Source: Mycobacterium leprae TN
GTDB taxonomy: Bacteria > Actinomycetota > Actinomycetes > Mycobacteriales > Mycobacteriaceae
Assembly: GCF_000195855.1 (NCBI RefSeq)
Contig: NC_002677.1
Location: 360,001-392,000, forward strand
Length of the DNA stretch: 32,000 nt
Direction: 5' to 3'
Part shown: positions 1 to 9,814 of the stretch, one piece after another
Numbering within the stretch: position 1 is the stretch's first letter
How the letters are laid out: each line of letters opens with the position of its first letter
Program-made: the position numbers and the translations under genes
Notes under the pieces: model-generated
Database searches by the model: none
Told to the model about the DNA's origin: nothing
The model's input: the letters and a program-made list of their open reading frames with translations, nothing else

Positions 1-353
1 ACAACAGGAAATATTGAGAACGGCCACAAGGGATTTGGGCAACCATCAGTTCGGCGATGAGTGAGCCCAAGCTGCCGCTATTCACAACCAGTTCGCGTGG
101 CCATGCTGGCTGCAACGCGGGCTCATATGCAGACACCAAGCCTGTCAACGCGGTCGCCGTTGGCGCCGGTAGGAAATAGCCATGCTGGAGTTATGAGGTT
201 CCCCCCGGAAATCAAGTCCACCAGAATTATTCCGGCCCCGACTTGAAGCCGATAGTCGCAACGACGACAGTCCGGCAGAAGCTGGCTACGAAACCGTACT
301 CAACTAGCAACTTCTTACGAATCAGTGATTTCTGGGCTCATCAGCCAATACAT
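1..353 (-). pseudogene. PPE-family protein, N-terminal part, decayed; runs off the window start
   Basis: Minus-strand ATG at 353-351 opens MYWLMSPEITDS* (compare the PPE N-terminus ..LPPEINS). Other frames further on give AYEPALQPAWPRELVVNSGSLGSLIAELMVAQ (compare AYE.A....P..IA.NR..L..LIATN.FGQN). The reading needs several frame changes and contains in-frame stops. It starts 14 nt after the stop of the PE-like remnant, the usual PE-PPE layout. Confidence 0.5.
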
Positions 354-367
354 AGCAGTTTCCCTCG

Positions 368-824
368 TCACTGGCGATGGTTGGCCGCGGAGGCCCCTTC
401 GTGGCGTGGATCAGGAACCACCGCCGCCCCGGCCGTGGAATCCGCTCCCAGACCCTGGCGGCGATGAAAGCCTAAGGCAGCCCACTCGATGACAATGACA
501 GTACCCTTATCAACAAACGCAGCATGGTGACCTCTCTGACCCAGACCAATATCCTGTATCCTGTGCCGAAACACCCCGGCAATCGCAGCCATCGAAGCCC
601 AATACAGCGAAATGGAGGACCAGGACATCGGCGCAATAGGACAGCTACGTCGGCTCTTCGACGGCTACTGTCGCGGAGTACACCAGCGACGCTACGCCGC
701 TGTTGAGCCAAGCGGTGACACCGAAAACCGCGGCAGCCGTGCCGGGCTGGCCCACACCTCTTCTCTCAGATCTTAACCTTCCGATGCACGCACCTGTTGC
801 TGTTTCGTTTGGCAGCATGGGCAT
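368..824 (-). pseudogene. PE-family protein remnant, frameshifted
   Basis: Two minus-strand ORF pieces lie in different frames (645-857 and 368-628). The first gives M(P)MLPNE...GQPGTAAAVFGVTAWLNSGVASLV (compare PE ..AANAAAA.PTT.V.AA.ADEVSA). The second gives SMAAIAGVFRHRIQDIGLGQRGHHAAFVDKG...EWAAL (compare AIAALF..HAQ.YQ..SAQ...FH..FV..L....Y..AEA). Confidence 0.45.
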
Positions 825-1296
825 AAGCGGCGGGACAGCTAGGGGGAGTCCACACACAACGATGAAATGGCTGGCCGCGAAGACTCCATCCCCTGCCGTT
901 GATATAGTCTATCGGCGACAGCGGTTGCCGGTCGAGCTGCCATAGTCAGCGAGCTTTTGGTTCCTCAGACCTAGGGTCGTTCCGTCAGCGGTATGCAGAA
1001 TCCCGGCGATGTTGCCCAGCGCTGCCCCCGCTATAATCGAGCAATATGATTCGGACAGCCCTCATACCGGCATCGCGTTAGCCAGTTTGGTCGGCAGAGG
1101 CATGACCGGCCTTGCGGTCCGGGGGCTGCTCCCCATCGACCCCTGCACCGACGACCCCACCTGGGAGCCACTCGGCAGACTCCGGATTAGCCATATCCAA
1201 CTCTACGCCGCCCTCGTCGTCCTCCCAACCTTGTCGGACGTACCAGCACTGTGGTGCCGCCGCAGAACCAACAATCGGTTAGCCAAAAATACCTCC

Positions 1297-1977
1297 TTAG
1301 GGCTGCCCGGCGAGTAACCGCACCATCATGCCGTTGCCTTCGGCCAACAGCATCTCGTCGCCGTCGACCAGTTCTGCGGACACAAACGCCTTGCGACCTT
1401 CAGTCCTGGTGACCCGTCCCCGCATCACCAATGGTTCATCGATTGGGGTAATCTTGCGGTAGTCCACGTGCAGAAAAGCCGTTCGGCTGATTGAGCGGCC
1501 TGCAGTATACGAGATCATGCCGAACAAGTGATCAAACACCAAGGGTAGCACACCGCCGTGCACCGCGTGGTTGAACCCGACGTGAAATCGAGTGAAGTAT
1601 CCGGTCATTTCAACACTATCGGGGCCGGATCGGGTCAGTGTCCAGGGCGGCAGCAACAGACTGCCCATGCCGGGCATGTCAGGCACCCGCCCAGCCGGCG
1701 CCTTACCTTCATCGGTGGCAAACGGGCCTAGCAACTCGACCAAGGCCACGGCGCGGTCGGCTGCGGCATACCATACCTCGTCGCTGGGGTCAGCGGACAC
1801 TGCCAGGTCCTGCAAGCGGCGCATAGTTGCCACGAATCGACGAAAACCCACACCAGGGTTAGCCAGTTCGTATTCAGGAAAGCCGCTATAGTGTTCGTGT
1901 TTAGGGCGTTCTGGAGGTAGGTCTTCTGGGCGCAGGGAAGAATAGTAGGTCACCGACGGCTCCTCAATACATCGCAT
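1297..1977 (-). CDS. hotdog-fold (PaaI-type) thioesterase-family conserved protein, resembling M. tuberculosis Rv0356c
   Basis: The 240-aa ORF contains [23 protein letters not shown], the PaaI/hotdog signature. It lies directly downstream of purA on the same strand. The start is uncertain: I chose the internal ATG at 1977, and the longest ORF reaches 2019 and overlaps purA. Confidence 0.7.
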
Positions 1978-3248
1978 CGCACGATGGTCTGATCCCGTCC
2001 CGGACCGACACCTATGCACGCAACCTGTGCTCCAGCAAGTTCTTCCAGTCTCAATACGTAGTCACGCGCTTTGGCGGGCAGGTCCTCGAATTCCCGCGCT
2101 CCGGAGATGTCTTCCCACCAACCCGGCAGCTCCTCATAGATCGGCTCGGCACGGGCGAGATCGCTTTGGGTTATCGGCATATCGTGGGTGCGCACACCGG
2201 CGATCTGATAGCCGACGCAGACCGGCACCGTTTCCAAGCTGGACAGCACGTCAAGCTTGGTCAGGAAATAGTCGGTGATCCCGTTGACCCGGGTGGCGTA
2301 GCGGGCTATCACGGCGTCGAACCACCCGCAACGCCGCCGTCGTCCTGTCGTCACGCCGATCTCGCTACCAGTCTTGGCCAAGTACTCGCCGTTCTCGTCG
2401 AACAGTTCGGTAGGGAAAGGACCAGAACCCACCCGAGTAGTGTAGGCCTTGAGAATGCCTAGCACAGTGTGGATCCGGGTCGGTCCGATACCGGAGCCCA
2501 ACGCCGCACCGCCCGCCGTCGGATTCGACGATGTCACATACGGGTAGGTGCCGTGATCAACGTCGAGCAGGGTGCCTTGTGCGCCTTCAAGCAGCACCGT
2601 CTCACCGGCCTCGAGGGCGTCGTTGAGCAACAGACGAGTGTCGGTGATGCGATGTCGAAATTGCTGCGCCTGCTCCAGCAGCGTTTCGACAACCTGAGCC
2701 AGGTCCAACGCCTTGCGGTTGTAGATCTTGACCAACACCTGGTTTTTGAACTCGAGCGCAGCCTCGATCTTGTGGGTCAACTCACCAGGTTCTAAGACAT
2801 CGGCGACCCGTATCCCCATGCGGGCGATCTTGTCCTGGTAACAGGGCCCGATACCGCGGCCGGTAGTGCCGATCTTCTTGTTGCCCATGTAACGCTCGGT
2901 GACCTTGTCGATGGCCACGTGGTAGGGCATCAGCAGGTGCGCATCGGCTGAGATCAGCAGCTGGGAGGTGTCGACACCACGATCTTCCAGGCCTTGCAGT
3001 TCGCTGAGCAGCACTCCGGGATCCACCACCACACCGTTACCGATGACGTTGGTAACACCCGGCGTCAGCACCCCCGACGGGATCAGATGCAGTGTGAAGT
3101 TCTCGCCAGTAGGCAAGACAACGGTATGCCCAGCGTTATTGCCACCCTGATAGCGCACCACCCACTGGGCACGTCCGCCGAGCAGGTCTGTGACCTTACC
3201 TTTGCCCTCGTCGCCCCACTGAGCGCCGATGAGGACGACTGCCGGCAT
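1950..3248 (-). CDS. purA: adenylosuccinate synthetase
   Basis: Uninterrupted 432-aa ORF. It has the N-terminal [12 protein letters not shown]-loop, [16 protein letters not shown] and [12 protein letters not shown] motifs typical of PurA. Confidence 0.97.
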
Positions 3249-3431
3249 TGACTTGCTCCCACCTAAATCCCGCGTGTTTACGCCTGCTTATTGTGGTCCA
3301 GCCGGTGATCAACTTAGCCCTGCAATGATGCGAGCCGTGCTCGGCCCGCTGTGGGGTAACCCCCAGCCGCGTACCGGCGGTAGGGAGGCCGAGCAGTTCT
3401 AGCTCGAACACAACCGTTTGCGAGGAGTATC

Positions 3432-4121
3432 TTGAACACGTCCGATAGCGCCCCCGGCGTGGCGGTGTTGCTGTTTGGCGACGACCGAACCCGACAACGA
3501 TGGAACACCCTAACCGCGCTGTCCACCTACCGGGCCGGCGGTCCCGACGACATCGACTCCATTGACGCGACGATCGGCCCGTACAGGCGACTGGTGGTCG
3601 TTGGCGGCGACGGCGACCTGGCAGCGGTGCTGGGACGGCTGTTACGTGCCGACCGGCTCGACATTGAGGTGGCTTATGTACCGCACCAACGCACCGCGGC
3701 GACTCGGGTCTATCGCCTTCCGACCGGGCGCCGAGCGGCGCGACGCGCCCGGCGCGGTTACGCCACGCGGGTACCGCTGATCCGCGACGAGACCGGGTCG
3801 GTGATCGTAGGCAGGGCAGACTGGCTTCCGGTTGTCGACCGACAGCCGTTGCACGGTGAGGCAATAGTTGATGACATCCCGCTGTTCGACGGCGATGTCG
3901 CCGGCGTGCGCATCGCACCGACGCTGGCCATGCCGGGCTTACGGGCCAGGTTGCATACCTCCCGAACTGGCATAGGCATCTGGAGCCGATGGCTCACCGG
4001 CCGAGCGGTGCAGCTAGGCAGCACCGGTGTCGCTGTGGTACGTGATGGTGTCCCGACGCGCCGTCGGGAGCGGCGATCGACGTTCTACCGCAACGTCGAA
4101 GGCTGGATGCTGGTCCGGTAA
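3432..4121 (+). CDS. conserved hypothetical protein with a DAG-kinase/NAD-kinase-like GGDG motif, resembling Rv0358
   Basis: 229-aa ORF with a TTG start. It contains RRLVVVGGDGDLAAVLGRLL, resembling the GGDGT nucleotide-binding motif of the lipid/NAD kinase fold. Position next to purA matches the mycobacterial order as I recall it. The start codon is uncertain. Confidence 0.65.
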   Translation: MNTSDSAPGVAVLLFGDDRTRQRWNTLTALSTYRAGGPDDIDSIDATIGPYRRLVVVGGDGDLAAVLGRLLRADRLDIEVAYVPHQRTAATRVYRLPTGRRAARRARRGYATRVPLIRDETGSVIVGRADWLPVVDRQPLHGEAIVDDIPLFDGDVAGVRIAPTLAMPGLRARLHTSRTGIGIWSRWLTGRAVQLGSTGVAVVRDGVPTRRRERRSTFYRNVEGWMLVR

Positions 4122-4760
4122 TTGCTACTGGTAAGTTCTCCCGTTCAGCACAAATCGGTGCGACCTCGCCCGAATCTTTGTGGCCCTGGTCAGACTGGAC
4201 CACCGCCGAGCTGTGCTGTCGTAGCTCGCCGGGGTGAGCGTGCGACCACTGGCACATGCCGGAGTGTTTATCTTCGTGATCGCGCCGACTGGTTGGTTTC
4301 GCTGTGTCTGCACGAATGCGGGCACACGCCTAAGGCTTGACGATTCGGCAAACAAGACGTCTCAGCAACCACGATATTGCAGTGCAGCGGCTACCTGACA
4401 ATGGATCTGCTGCGGTTACCGCGATCCGGCGCTCTCACTTGCTGGTGACGATGTGGTTCATCGTGCTGGGCAGTATCGTCCTGCCGGGTGCAGCCGTGGA
4501 CTTGCGGACCTGGTTCATGAAGCCTACCCGTCCGCACCCTGGTCAGCTTGGCGGACCGGCGGCCAACCTTGCGTTGGCTATGCTGATGATAATGCTGATC
4601 AGGTTGTATTACGACCCTGCGCACACAGCCTTGTAGGCAGAGGTGGCGTAGCCGGCGGTGGCCAGGGCTCGCACGTCGGGCTCCGGGGCCTGGAAGATCA
4701 CGACGACTCAAAGCCGCATATTAAGTCCCGAGATCAAATCTGCCAAGCAGTACGCTGTGT
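4122..4760 (+). pseudogene. M50-type (site-2-protease-like) membrane metalloprotease remnant, resembling Rv0359
   Basis: WLVSLCLHECGHTPKA* places the HExxH motif at 4311-4325, followed by a stop at 4338-4340. Upstream TM-like text (IFVALV.., AGVFIFVIA) is in another frame. Downstream, GGPAANLALAMLMIML (compare AGPxxN) is in the 4337-4636 ORF, a different frame from the HExxH piece. At least two frameshifts are required. Confidence 0.45.
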
Positions 4761-4916
4761 TCATTTTGCTGTTCTCTTTGTTGGCACTAGGCATGAACCA
4801 CGTTTCTCTTCGTGGATCGTGTACTGGCGCTCTTCAACTTGCCTGGTGTGACCCACTGGCTGGTGACCGTGGACAATGCATTTGCCCACTTTAATGGAGC
4901 CGCTGGTTCTAACGCT

Positions 4917-4948
4917 TGCAATGCATGCGTAAACACGCATATATTGCA
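4917..4948. promoter_or_regulatory. operator-like imperfect inverted repeat immediately upstream of the CDF remnant
   Basis: TGCAATGCATGCGT-aaac-ACGCATATATTGCA has 14-bp arms with 2 mismatches and a 4-bp spacer. It ends 4 nt before the ATG at 4952. Confidence 0.3.
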
Positions 4949-4951
4949 CAC

Positions 4952-5801
4952 ATGGGCTCTGGGGGTAGTTACACTCCCGCTGAGGCCGCCATATATCGGA
5001 TGATCCGCCGCATGATCGTTGCCGCAGCGATCTTGATGGTGTTCTTTGGTGTGGAGCTGACCATAGCGTTACTGATCAACTCGATCACACTGCTCGCCGA
5101 TGCGGGACACATGCTCACCGACGTAGTTGCCGTGTTCATGGGGCTGGCCGCATTGGTGCTGGCTAAGCATGGTCACTCAGCACCCAACCGCCCCTACAGC
5201 TGGCATCGCGCCGAGGTATTTACCGCAATGGCCAACGCCGCGCTGCTGATCGGGGTCGCGACGTTCATCCTATACGAGGCGATCCGACGGTTCAAGGAAG
5301 CCCCGTACATCCCGGGCATGCCGATAGTGGTGGCGGCGCTGGCCGGCCTGGTCACCAATTTCGTGGTAGCGCTGTTGTTGCGCCCGCACGCGGAGGACAG
5401 CCTGGCAATTAAGGGTGCCTATATGGAGGCGGTCGCGGACACCGTAGGCAACATCGGTGTGCTGATCGCCGGTGTTGTCACCCTAACCACGCACTGGCCC
5501 TACGCCGACGTGGTGGTCGCCGTGCTGGTGGCGCTCTGGGTGCTGCCACGGGCAATCTCGCTAGCCCGGGCGGCTTGCGGATCTTTTCCTAATTGTCGCC
5601 GGCCCACAATCGATGTCGAGGCACTGCGTTCAGCACTAGGACGCAGGCGACGTCACCGAAGTGCACGACCTGCACGTGTGAACACTTTCGCTCGGCGAAG
5701 ATATGTCCCACCGCGCACCTGACCAGCAACAGCAACTCCATCCGGAGGTGGGCCGGCTCTGGAACGGGTCCGATGTTGGCCGAAGTCCTGGGAAAGGCTA
5801 G
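4952..5801 (+). pseudogene. cation diffusion facilitator (CzcD/ZitB-like) metal exporter, inactivated
   Basis: The N-terminal two thirds are intact-looking: TM text, LLADAGHMLTDV and EAVADTVGNIGVLIAG. From about 5580 the reading breaks up: SPAH, then IDVEALRSAL, then DVTEVHDLHV* fall in three different frames. The conserved DLHVW tryptophan codon is a TGA at 5679-5681. Confidence 0.7.
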
Positions 5802-5859
5802 CCTACGCGACAGTCCAGATCGGATGTACCGACGACATCTATGACTGTTCGGAAATCTT

Positions 5860-6273
5860 CTAGAGCCCGAGCTCGTTGCGAGCTGCGGGGTCGCAATCGT
5901 CAAGCAGATTCAGGCAGCGTCTATACTCGTCGGTCTCACCAATGGCGTTCGCGGCCCGCGCCAGCGCGGCCACGCAGCGCAGGAAGCCGCGGTTCGGCTC
6001 GTGCGAATACGGCACCGGGCCAAAACCTTTCCAGCCATTGCAGCGCAGCTGATCGAGACCGCGGTGGTAGCCAGTGCGGGCATACGCGTAAGCTGTGGTA
6101 GCCTTATCGTCGGCCAGTGCCCCCTCAGCAAGTGCCGCCCAGGCCACCGACGCGGAAGGATGGGCGGCGGCAACGGTTCCGGGATCCTTGTTTGCGCGCA
6201 GTTCCACCTCGGCGGCGCTGTCATCGGGCAGCAGTATCGGATCAGGCCCCAGGAGATCACCCATTGACGTCAT
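5860..6273 (-). CDS. DUF3151-like conserved protein, resembling Rv0360c
   Basis: Open frame with MTSMGDLLGPDPILLP...AYAYARTGYHRGLDQLRCNGWKGFGPVPYSHEPNRGFLRCVAALARAA. I chose the start at the MTSM ATG (6273-6271); the longest ORF extends to 6315. Confidence 0.8.
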   Translation of the reverse strand: MTSMGDLLGPDPILLPDDSAAEVELRANKDPGTVAAAHPSASVAWAALAEGALADDKATTAYAYARTGYHRGLDQLRCNGWKGFGPVPYSHEPNRGFLRCVAALARAANAIGETDEYRRCLNLLDDCDPAARNELGL

Positions 6274-6384
6274 GGTCTCCATTCTGCCGTTCACCCCGCC
6301 AGCACATCGACTCACGCCTCAATCCGGGTCCAGAGTCGCTAAACTCTAAATATTGACTCGATAGCGGGAAGACAGGAGCGCTAA

Positions 6385-7263
6385 ATGCCTAATGCATCCG
6401 AGCCCGAACGCGGCATCACACTAAACCGCCCCGGGTTGGCTCCACGCACTTTGGATAAGAACGTCGTGTCCAATCTACCCGAAGCCAAAGACAACCCGGC
6501 CATGACTCACGGCGAAGAGATCGCCGCAGGCTACCCACTAGCGCATAGCGACTCGGAAACCGAGGCGATGGTACTAACCAAAACCGAGCCAGACCAAGAT
6601 CCCGGGGCAGACAGACAGCATCACGAGCGCCGCTTCACCGCACCCGGCTTCGACGCCAGAGCGACCGCCATCATGGCCACTGCACCGGATCCCGCGACCG
6701 AAGCCATCCACCCTCCCTTAAGCTCGTCCGATCCACCAGGACATCTAGGGATTTCCCCAAAAGCTGCTGTACCACAATCGATTCCACCCGTGCTAGGAAC
6801 TAAGTTGCGGTCAGCTCGACATTTTCATTGGGGCTGGGTGGTGGCGCTGCTCATGATGGTGTTGGCGTTAGCGGCGATCGCAATTCTCGGCACCGTGCTG
6901 CTGACCCGTGGTAAACACGTGAAAGCCTCGCCGGCAGAACAGGTTCGGCACGCCATCCAGAGCTTTGACGTCGCGGTGCAAACCGGCAACCTGACGGCGT
7001 TGCGCTCTATAACCTGCGGTACCACCCGCGACGGCTACGTGGAGTACGATGAGTCCTCGTGGGACGAGACGTACCACAGAGTTTCAGCGGCCAAACAATA
7101 TCCGGTGATCGCCAGCATCGACCAGGTCGTCGTGAACGGCCAACACGCCGAAGCAAACATCACCACGTTCATGGCCTACGACCCACAGGTCCGCTCGACA
7201 CGCAGCCTTGACCTGCAGTTCTGCGACGATCAATGGAAGATCTGCCAGTCCCCTAGCGGCTAA
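6385..7263 (+). CDS. conserved membrane-anchored protein, resembling Rv0361
   Basis: 292-aa ORF whose ATG is preceded by AGGAG. It has one clear TM segment (WGWVVALLMMVLALAAIAILGTVLL) after a Pro/Asp-rich N-terminal region, and a C-terminal soluble domain. Confidence 0.75.
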   Translation: MPNASEPERGITLNRPGLAPRTLDKNVVSNLPEAKDNPAMTHGEEIAAGYPLAHSDSETEAMVLTKTEPDQDPGADRQHHERRFTAPGFDARATAIMATAPDPATEAIHPPLSSSDPPGHLGISPKAAVPQSIPPVLGTKLRSARHFHWGWVVALLMMVLALAAIAILGTVLLTRGKHVKASPAEQVRHAIQSFDVAVQTGNLTALRSITCGTTRDGYVEYDESSWDETYHRVSAAKQYPVIASIDQVVVNGQHAEANITTFMAYDPQVRSTRSLDLQFCDDQWKICQSPSG

Positions 7264-7278
7264 CTCAACAGTCAACTG

Positions 7279-8316
7279 TCAACTAGCCGCCACCGACTTT
7301 CCGGCGCAACGTAGATCGTTACAGGCCTCAAGCACCCGCTCGGTCATCGATGCTTCGGCCTTCTTAAGATAGCTGCGCGGGTCGTACACCTTCTTATTGC
7401 CCACATCGCCGTCGACCTTAAGCACGCCGTCGTAGTTAGTGAACATGTGACCGGACACTGGGCGAGTGAATGCATATTGGGTATCGGTGTCAACGTTCAT
7501 CTTCACCACACCGTACCGCAGCGCCTCCTCGATCTCCGACTTTTCCGAACCGGAACCGCCGTGGAACACAAAATCGAACGGTTTCGAGCCCTCAGACTGA
7601 CTGAGCTTGGCCGCTGCCACCTTCTGACCTTCGGCCAGGATGTCGGGACGCAGCTTAACGTTGCCAGGCTTATAGACACCGTGCACGTTGCCAAACGTCG
7701 CAGCCAGCAGATACTTGCCGTGTTCACCGGCGCCCAGAGCATCTATCGTCTTCACGAAATCCTTCGGAGTAGTATATAATTTTTCGTTGATTTCGCCGGC
7801 CACGCCGTCTTCCTCGCCGCCGACCACACCGATCTCGACTTCGAGAATGATCTTGGCGGCCGCTGCGTCCTTCAGCAGATCTTGGGCTATGGCCAGATTC
7901 TCATCGATCGGTATCGCAGAGCCATCCCACATGTGCGATCCGAACAGCGGATCCTTACCGGTCGCTACCCTTCTAGCCGAGATCGCCAGCAAAGGGCGCA
8001 CGTAACTGTCCAGTTTGTCCTTGGGACAGTGGTCAGTGTGCAGTGCAACGTTGATCGGGTACTTGGCCGCAATAGTGTGAGTGAACTTCGCTAGCGCTAC
8101 CGCACCCGTCACCATGTCCTTCACGCCGAGCCCGGAGGCGAACTCCGCACCACCGGTGGAAAACTGGATGATGCCGTCACTGCCAGCGTCAGCAAAGCCT
8201 TTGATAGCGGCGTTGACGGTCTCTGAAGACGTACAGTTGATGGCCGGAAAAGCGTATGAGTTTTCCTTGGCGCGTCTCAACATCTCGGCGTAGATCTCCG
8301 GTGTTGCGATAGGCAT
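7279..8316 (-). CDS. fba: class II fructose-1,6-bisphosphate aldolase
   Basis: MPIATPEIYAEMLRRAKENSYAFPAINC..., HTDHC and FVFHGGSGS motifs. The ATG at 8316-8314 is preceded by GGAGGGA on the coding strand. The longest ORF (to 8382) adds 22 non-conserved residues. Confidence 0.96.
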   Translation of the reverse strand: MPIATPEIYAEMLRRAKENSYAFPAINCTSSETVNAAIKGFADAGSDGIIQFSTGGAEFASGLGVKDMVTGAVALAKFTHTIAAKYPINVALHTDHCPKDKLDSYVRPLLAISARRVATGKDPLFGSHMWDGSAIPIDENLAIAQDLLKDAAAAKIILEVEIGVVGGEEDGVAGEINEKLYTTPKDFVKTIDALGAGEHGKYLLAATFGNVHGVYKPGNVKLRPDILAEGQKVAAAKLSQSEGSKPFDFVFHGGSGSEKSEIEEALRYGVVKMNVDTDTQYAFTRPVSGHMFTNYDGVLKVDGDVGNKKVYDPRSYLKKAEASMTERVLEACNDLRCAGKSVAAS

Positions 8317-8448
8317 GAAACTTCCCTCCTGAAAACTGAGTCTATCCAGTATCGCAACATCCCAATGCCGGTTAGCAGCCAATCTGCGCAGGATTTTTTG
8401 TCCACAGCCAGCAGAGGCTACGTGTTTCGGTCGGTATGTTGTGACGTC

Positions 8449-9117
8449 ATGAACACCGCCATAGTGGCCTTGCCGCCCACCCTCGACCCGATGTTCTGGA
8501 TTGGTCCCGAGGGCTTTTTCGCGGCGGCGATGCTTCCCGCCACCCTGGTCATCATCTTCGTCGAAACCGGCTTGCTGTTCCCATTGCTACCTGGCGAATC
8601 ACTGCTGTTCACCGGGGGGCTGTTGGCCACTAAGGGGACGATCGATATCTGGGTGTTGTCCCCTTCCGTAGCGGTGGTAGCGGTATTAGGCGATCAGATC
8701 GGGTATCTCATCGGTCGGCGCATCGGCCCCGCACTGTTCAAGAAAGAAAATTCACGCTTCTTCAAGCAGCACTACGTAACCGAGTCGCACGCCTTCTTCG
8801 AGAAGCACGGGCGATGGACGATCATCCTAGCCCGTTTCTTGCCGTTCATGCGGACGTTCACCCCGGTGATCGCGGGCTTATCCTATATGAGTTATCCATT
8901 GTATCTGGGGTTCGACATCGTGGGCGGCATCCTCTGGGGCGGAGGCGTCACGGTTGCCGGCTACTTCCTGGGCAACGTGCCGTTCGTCCGCCAGAATTTA
9001 GAGAAAATCATCCTGGGCATTCTATTCGTGTCACTGCTGCCAGCGCTGATTGCGGCCTGGCACGGCTATCGGTCGCAGAGCCGAACAGCCAAAAGCGAAC
9101 TCGCCTTACCAGACTGA
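8449..9117 (+). CDS. DedA-family inner membrane protein, resembling Rv0364
   Basis: Multi-TM ORF with the DedA core LPGESLLFTGG...GDQIGYLIGRRIG...RFLPFMRTFTPVIAG. I chose the start at ATG 8449; the longest ORF begins at 8365. Confidence 0.85.
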   Translation: MNTAIVALPPTLDPMFWIGPEGFFAAAMLPATLVIIFVETGLLFPLLPGESLLFTGGLLATKGTIDIWVLSPSVAVVAVLGDQIGYLIGRRIGPALFKKENSRFFKQHYVTESHAFFEKHGRWTIILARFLPFMRTFTPVIAGLSYMSYPLYLGFDIVGGILWGGGVTVAGYFLGNVPFVRQNLEKIILGILFVSLLPALIAAWHGYRSQSRTAKSELALPD

Positions 9118-9127
9118 ACCCAAGCAG

Positions 9128-9805
9128 CTAGTGGTGGGTGGTTTTGAGGCGTTTAGGTGTGGTTGGTTGAGGTAAGTGGGCGGTGTATGTGGTTGCTGTC
9201 TTGGAGTTGCGCGATGGCGACCGGGGTCGGCTGGGGTGGTTGACGAGGGTGTTGTGGGTGCTGGTGGGGCAGGTGACACGGGCGTGGATTGTGTGGTTGG
9301 TGTCCGATGGAGTGGCTAGATACTGATATCGCGGTTCGGGTACGCCGGGGACGGGACGTGCTTCGGTGATCGATGAGGTCATGGTGCTCGTAGAGACGTT
9401 GGTCGGCGATGTTATGCGAATCGGCCGTTCAGCGTCGGAGCGGCCCGTCACCGGAGCAGTTGATGGCTGTGGGGGATTTCGTTTTCCTTGGCCGCGCGGA
9501 TCTGGCATAAGTGGGGGCATCCAGTCGCATCGCGTGAAGACCTTCAAGTTCGTTACCGACCCCGACGTGGGAGACCAAACGGCGTGATGTGGTCGGGCTC
9601 GACCTGGATCCACGTGCGTCACGAAGTGCTGATGATTGGCATGGCAGTGAAGGTGAGAGATCTTCGCCGCCGGGCCTGTCGCAGCAGGAACGGTGAAGCG
9701 GGGGCACCTTGGCCTTGGGTGGCGTCGGGAAGGGGAGGAATCGTCCTAGGTCCTGCTTGGGTGTTGTGTGGCCAACACGATTTATCGGGTTGGGGTCATC
9801 GTCGG
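9128..9805 (-). mobile_element. IS630-family (DDE) transposase remnant lacking its 5' part, heavily decayed
   Basis: Minus-strand fragments occur in the order expected for IS630 transposases. DDDPNPINRV...FPTPPKAKVPPLH (compare DP.F..KV...YL.PP.KA.VL). ADSHNIADQRLYEHHDL (compare HDY.RHGTT.LFAALD). IHARVTCPTSTHNT (compare IHLV.DNY.THK). The tail ..PKRLKTTHH* parallels the tail of the 11136-11510 remnant. Composition is strongly strand-skewed: GT-rich on the plus strand. Many frame changes. Confidence 0.45.
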
Positions 9806-9814
9806 TCGATCGTG

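Noticed and set aside
3196-3918. 240-aa minus-strand ORF, extremely Arg/Pro/Gly-rich
   Set aside because: It is antisense to the better-supported 3432-4121 gene. The composition is typical of shadow frames in high-GC DNA, and it has no recognisable motif.
9118-9129. 12-mer ACCCAAGCAGCT repeated at 11136-11147, considered as a target-site duplication
   Set aside because: Exact 12-mer pairs are expected by chance somewhere in 32 kb. The right copy may lie inside the transposase reading frame rather than at a true insertion border. I kept it only as a detail in the composite-element finding.
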